Both the position numbers and the translations under genes were made by a program. Of a stretch of DNA of 32,000 nt, positions 29,992-32,000 are shown piece by piece. Position 1 is the stretch's first letter. Each line of letters opens with the position of its first letter. Source of the DNA: Ignicoccus hospitalis KIN4/I (GTDB lineage Archaea > Thermoproteota > Thermoprotei_A > Sulfolobales > Ignicoccaceae); the NCBI RefSeq assembly GCF_000017945.1, contig NC_009776.1, forward strand, positions 1,200,001 to 1,232,000, written 5' to 3'. A model generated the notes under the pieces. The model made no database searches. It saw only the letters and a program-made list of their open reading frames with translations, and was not told the origin of the DNA.

Positions 29992-31234
29992 CGAACTTCT
30001 TGGCTCTGTTGGAGTAGTTCAACATCAAATTTATTAAGTCGCGGCCGCGGATCCTCAAGATCCCCTTCCTAACGGCACGCTCGTTATATTCAACGGCCTC
30101 GTCGGGTATGAGAGTGGGGGCGTATAGCAGTACGGGCACCGGGTCTCCGGTGTGTTCCTTCACAGTCACGGGCGTCGCGTGGTCGGGGGTGACGGCGAAC
30201 ACCGCCTCCCCGTCGTAGTAATCCAACAAGTAGCCCAAGACGTAGTCCAACGCCTCTATCATTTTAATTTTGTTCTCCACATCCCCGTCGTGGGAGGCGG
30301 CGTCCGTGCCCTTTATGTGGACGAAGACCATGTCGTAGTCCTTGAGGAGCTCGACGGCCGTCCTAGCCTTGCTCTTGTAGTCCGTGTTAACGCCGCCGGT
30401 GGCTCCCGGAGGCACTATCACGTCCATGCCCACCGCCCGGGCTACTCCTAGGACGAGGGCGGTCGCTCCTACAGCTGCAGCTTTGATGCCGTACCTCTCT
30501 TGCAAGGTGGGCAATTTCTTTCTCATCATTCCGGCCCCTCTGAGCAACACTATGTTAGCCGGAGGAAGGCCCTTTTCGACCCTCCTCTTGTTGGCCGGGT
30601 GGTCCTTGAGTATTTGGTAGCTCCTAAAGGTAATTTCATTAATCACTCTTGCAGTCTTCTTGGCCTCGGGGGTGTCCCTCAAGGGCCTCGCCTCCTGGAC
30701 GGGCTTGCCCACCTCGTGAGGGTCCGTGTCGCTGACCTCGTCGCTGAGGCCCTCCCCTTTCAAGACCACGGCCACTCGGTGCTCCGTGGCGTGGTAGAAC
30801 CTTACCTTAACGCCCTCTACTTCGCTGAGCTCCTCGTTCAAAGCTTTCACGAGTTCCTCCGCCTCCGGCAAGTACCTTCCGGCCCTCCGGTCCACTACGA
30901 CGAGACGGCCTCCCCTCTCCTCAACCGTGGCGAAGTTTCCTCTGAGGGCCACGTCCCCCGGGCCGACCTCTGCTCCCACGCCCAAGGCCTCGAAGGGCCC
31001 CCTCCCCTCGTACCACTCGAAGGGGTCCAGCCCGAAGAGCGCCAAGTGGGCGGTGTCGCTCCCGGGAGGGACGCCGGGGGCTATCACGTCCATCAGGCCC
31101 GCTTGGCCCCTCCTCGCCGCTTCGTCCAGGTTGGGGGTGCTGGCGACCTCCAGCGGGGTCTTGTTACCCAAGGACGGCACCAAACGGTCGCCCATGCCGT
31201 CCCCTACGATTAACACCATCTTCAACTGCTTCAA
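29984..31234 (-). CDS. apgM: Archaeal cofactor-independent phosphoglycerate mutase
   Basis: MKQLKMVLIVGDGMGDR..., PGSDTAHLALFGLDP, HIKGTDAASHDG and VTPDHATP are metal/phosphoserine-site motifs of the ApgM / alkaline-phosphatase superfamily. Confidence 0.85.
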   Translation of the reverse strand: MKQLKMVLIVGDGMGDRLVPSLGNKTPLEVASTPNLDEAARRGQAGLMDVIAPGVPPGSDTAHLALFGLDPFEWYEGRGPFEALGVGAEVGPGDVALRGNFATVEERGGRLVVVDRRAGRYLPEAEELVKALNEELSEVEGVKVRFYHATEHRVAVVLKGEGLSDEVSDTDPHEVGKPVQEARPLRDTPEAKKTARVINEITFRSYQILKDHPANKRRVEKGLPPANIVLLRGAGMMRKKLPTLQERYGIKAAAVGATALVLGVARAVGMDVIVPPGATGGVNTDYKSKARTAVELLKDYDMVFVHIKGTDAASHDGDVENKIKMIEALDYVLGYLLDYYDGEAVFAVTPDHATPVTVKEHTGDPVPVLLYAPTLIPDEAVEYNERAVRKGILRIRGRDLINLMLNYSNRAKKFGA

Positions 31235-31401
31235 GGCGCTCGCTCCGATACTTAGACGCTCGGCGCTGTATTATTATCCTCTGGCTCAGAGGAGGGAAGC
31301 GGAAGAGGACCTTGAGGCCCAGGACTCCCGAGGGACCTAGGTTTCTGAGGTCGGACGGGACGCCGGACAAGGCTACGAGGATACATAAGGAGGCTAAGTG
31401 G

Positions 31402-32000
31402 TTGGACTTCGCTCACCCTCCCGAGGCGTTGCACTCCCCCAACAGCACGCTCCGCGCCGCGCTGCTGGAGTTCTTGGCGACTCACAGGCTGAACATCATA
31501 GTAGTAGACGGCGACAAGTACGTGGGCGTAGCAACTCTTCCCCGCTTGGCGGCTACGGTAGCGCTCTGGAGGGAGAGGGAGGCGCCGATATACAAGATCT
31601 TGCTAGAGGGCATTAAGAGAATAGAAGAGAAGGTAGCCCCCGTGGCGGACGGGATGGGAGATAAGGAGGTCGCAGAGGTTTTGAGCTCCCTCCCCCCGTC
31701 CGTGGACGAAGTGCCAGTAGTCAAGGAAGAGAAGGTAGTGGGGGTGCTCAGAGTTAGAGAGGTTTTGCTTAGGGGAAGCGTTGACGTTCCCGTAGGCTCC
31801 TTAGCGGAGCCCCTGCCTTCTGTGGGCAGCGTAGGGGAGGCGTTAATGGAGATGGAGAACAAGGACTTACCGGTCGTAATGGTGGGTGACAGGGTTTTGG
31901 ACGCGAGGGACGTAGCGAGGCGCATATGGGAGGAGAGGACGGAAGAAATAGGAAGGGTGAGGTTCGAGGACTTATTGACGGAGCCCTACGAAGTATTTAA
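31402..32000 (+). CDS. CBS-domain protein (5' part; continues beyond the window)
   Basis: Not in the ORF track because it is open at the window end. My translation gives MDFAHPPEALHSPNSTLRAALLEFLATHRLNIIVVDGDKYVGVATL... and ...VPVVKEEKVVGVLRVREVL...DLPVVMVGDRVLDARDVARRIW, which look like repeated CBS motifs. GGAGG at 31389..31393 lies 8 nt before TTG 31402. The frame is also open upstream, with an alternative TTG at 31312. Confidence 0.5.
   Translation, partial: MDFAHPPEALHSPNSTLRAALLEFLATHRLNIIVVDGDKYVGVATLPRLAATVALWREREAPIYKILLEGIKRIEEKVAPVADGMGDKEVAEVLSSLPPSVDEVPVVKEEKVVGVLRVREVLLRGSVDVPVGSLAEPLPSVGSVGEALMEMENKDLPVVMVGDRVLDARDVARRIWEERTEEIGRVRFEDLLTEPYEVF

Noticed and set aside
30500-31213. 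237-aa plus-strand ORF (and 30152..30451, 30927..31340) antisense to apgM
   Set aside because: apgM on the minus strand has full-length family motifs. The antisense translations are Pro/Arg/Gly/Val-rich.
31235-31401. 167-nt apgM/CBS-gene divergent region, considered as a riboswitch-like leader (the TATTATTAT box lies about 125 nt before the SD-preceded TTG 31402)
   Set aside because: I could not find a convincing conserved fold by eye. The reading frame is also open upstream (alternative TTG 31312), so the region may simply be coding.
1-32000. Search for mobile elements, CRISPR arrays, defence islands, rRNA genes and integration scars at the three tRNA genes
   Set aside because: No repeat-spacer arrays, no transposase, integrase or Cas-like ORFs, no duplicated tRNA 3' halves, and no compositional break. 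The window looks like core chromosome.

Overview
Dense, almost entirely coding chromosome segment from a hyperthermophilic crenarchaeon. Archaeal hallmarks are TFB, archaemetzincin, AGOG, archaeal ApgM, GTP cyclohydrolase III, an intron-containing tRNA-Trp, TATA-type promoters and oligo-T terminators. The organism is probably Ignicoccus-like. This is inferred from memory: a 1Fe superoxide reductase with an E23-T24-H25 motif in place of E-K-H, an all-CxxCH octaheme c-type cytochrome, and a Tat-exported [NiFe] hydrogenase with Isp1/Isp2 partners. I call about 30 protein genes, 3 tRNAs (Pro-UGG, Leu-GAG, and Trp-CCA with a 71-nt intron) and one well-formed box C/D sRNA candidate. There are no CRISPR arrays, rRNA genes, transposases or integrases. 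The energy module consists of hynS-hynL-isp1-isp2 at 20970..26574 and a stand-alone, heavily codon-optimised octaheme cytochrome c at 12947..14863. Points worth a second look: (1) a canonical C/D sRNA 42 nt upstream of, and co-oriented with, tRNA-Leu; (2) a tRNA-Trp intron carrying a C/D-like half-unit whose guide places C34 at the N+5 position; (3) a single ORF fusing a RaSEA-like radical-SAM domain to an ArcS-like (PC-x3-KPY) domain; (4) a PUA-like/PP-loop/2x[4Fe-4S] protein of unknown substrate; (5) repeated TTTACC half-sites bracketing the hydrogenase TATA box. Genes are packed very tightly: three convergent tail-to-tail overlaps of 36-50 nt, ATGA-type overlaps between co-oriented genes, and divergent gaps of 20-40 nt. 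All functional calls rest on motifs read by eye and remembered family signatures. No searches were run.
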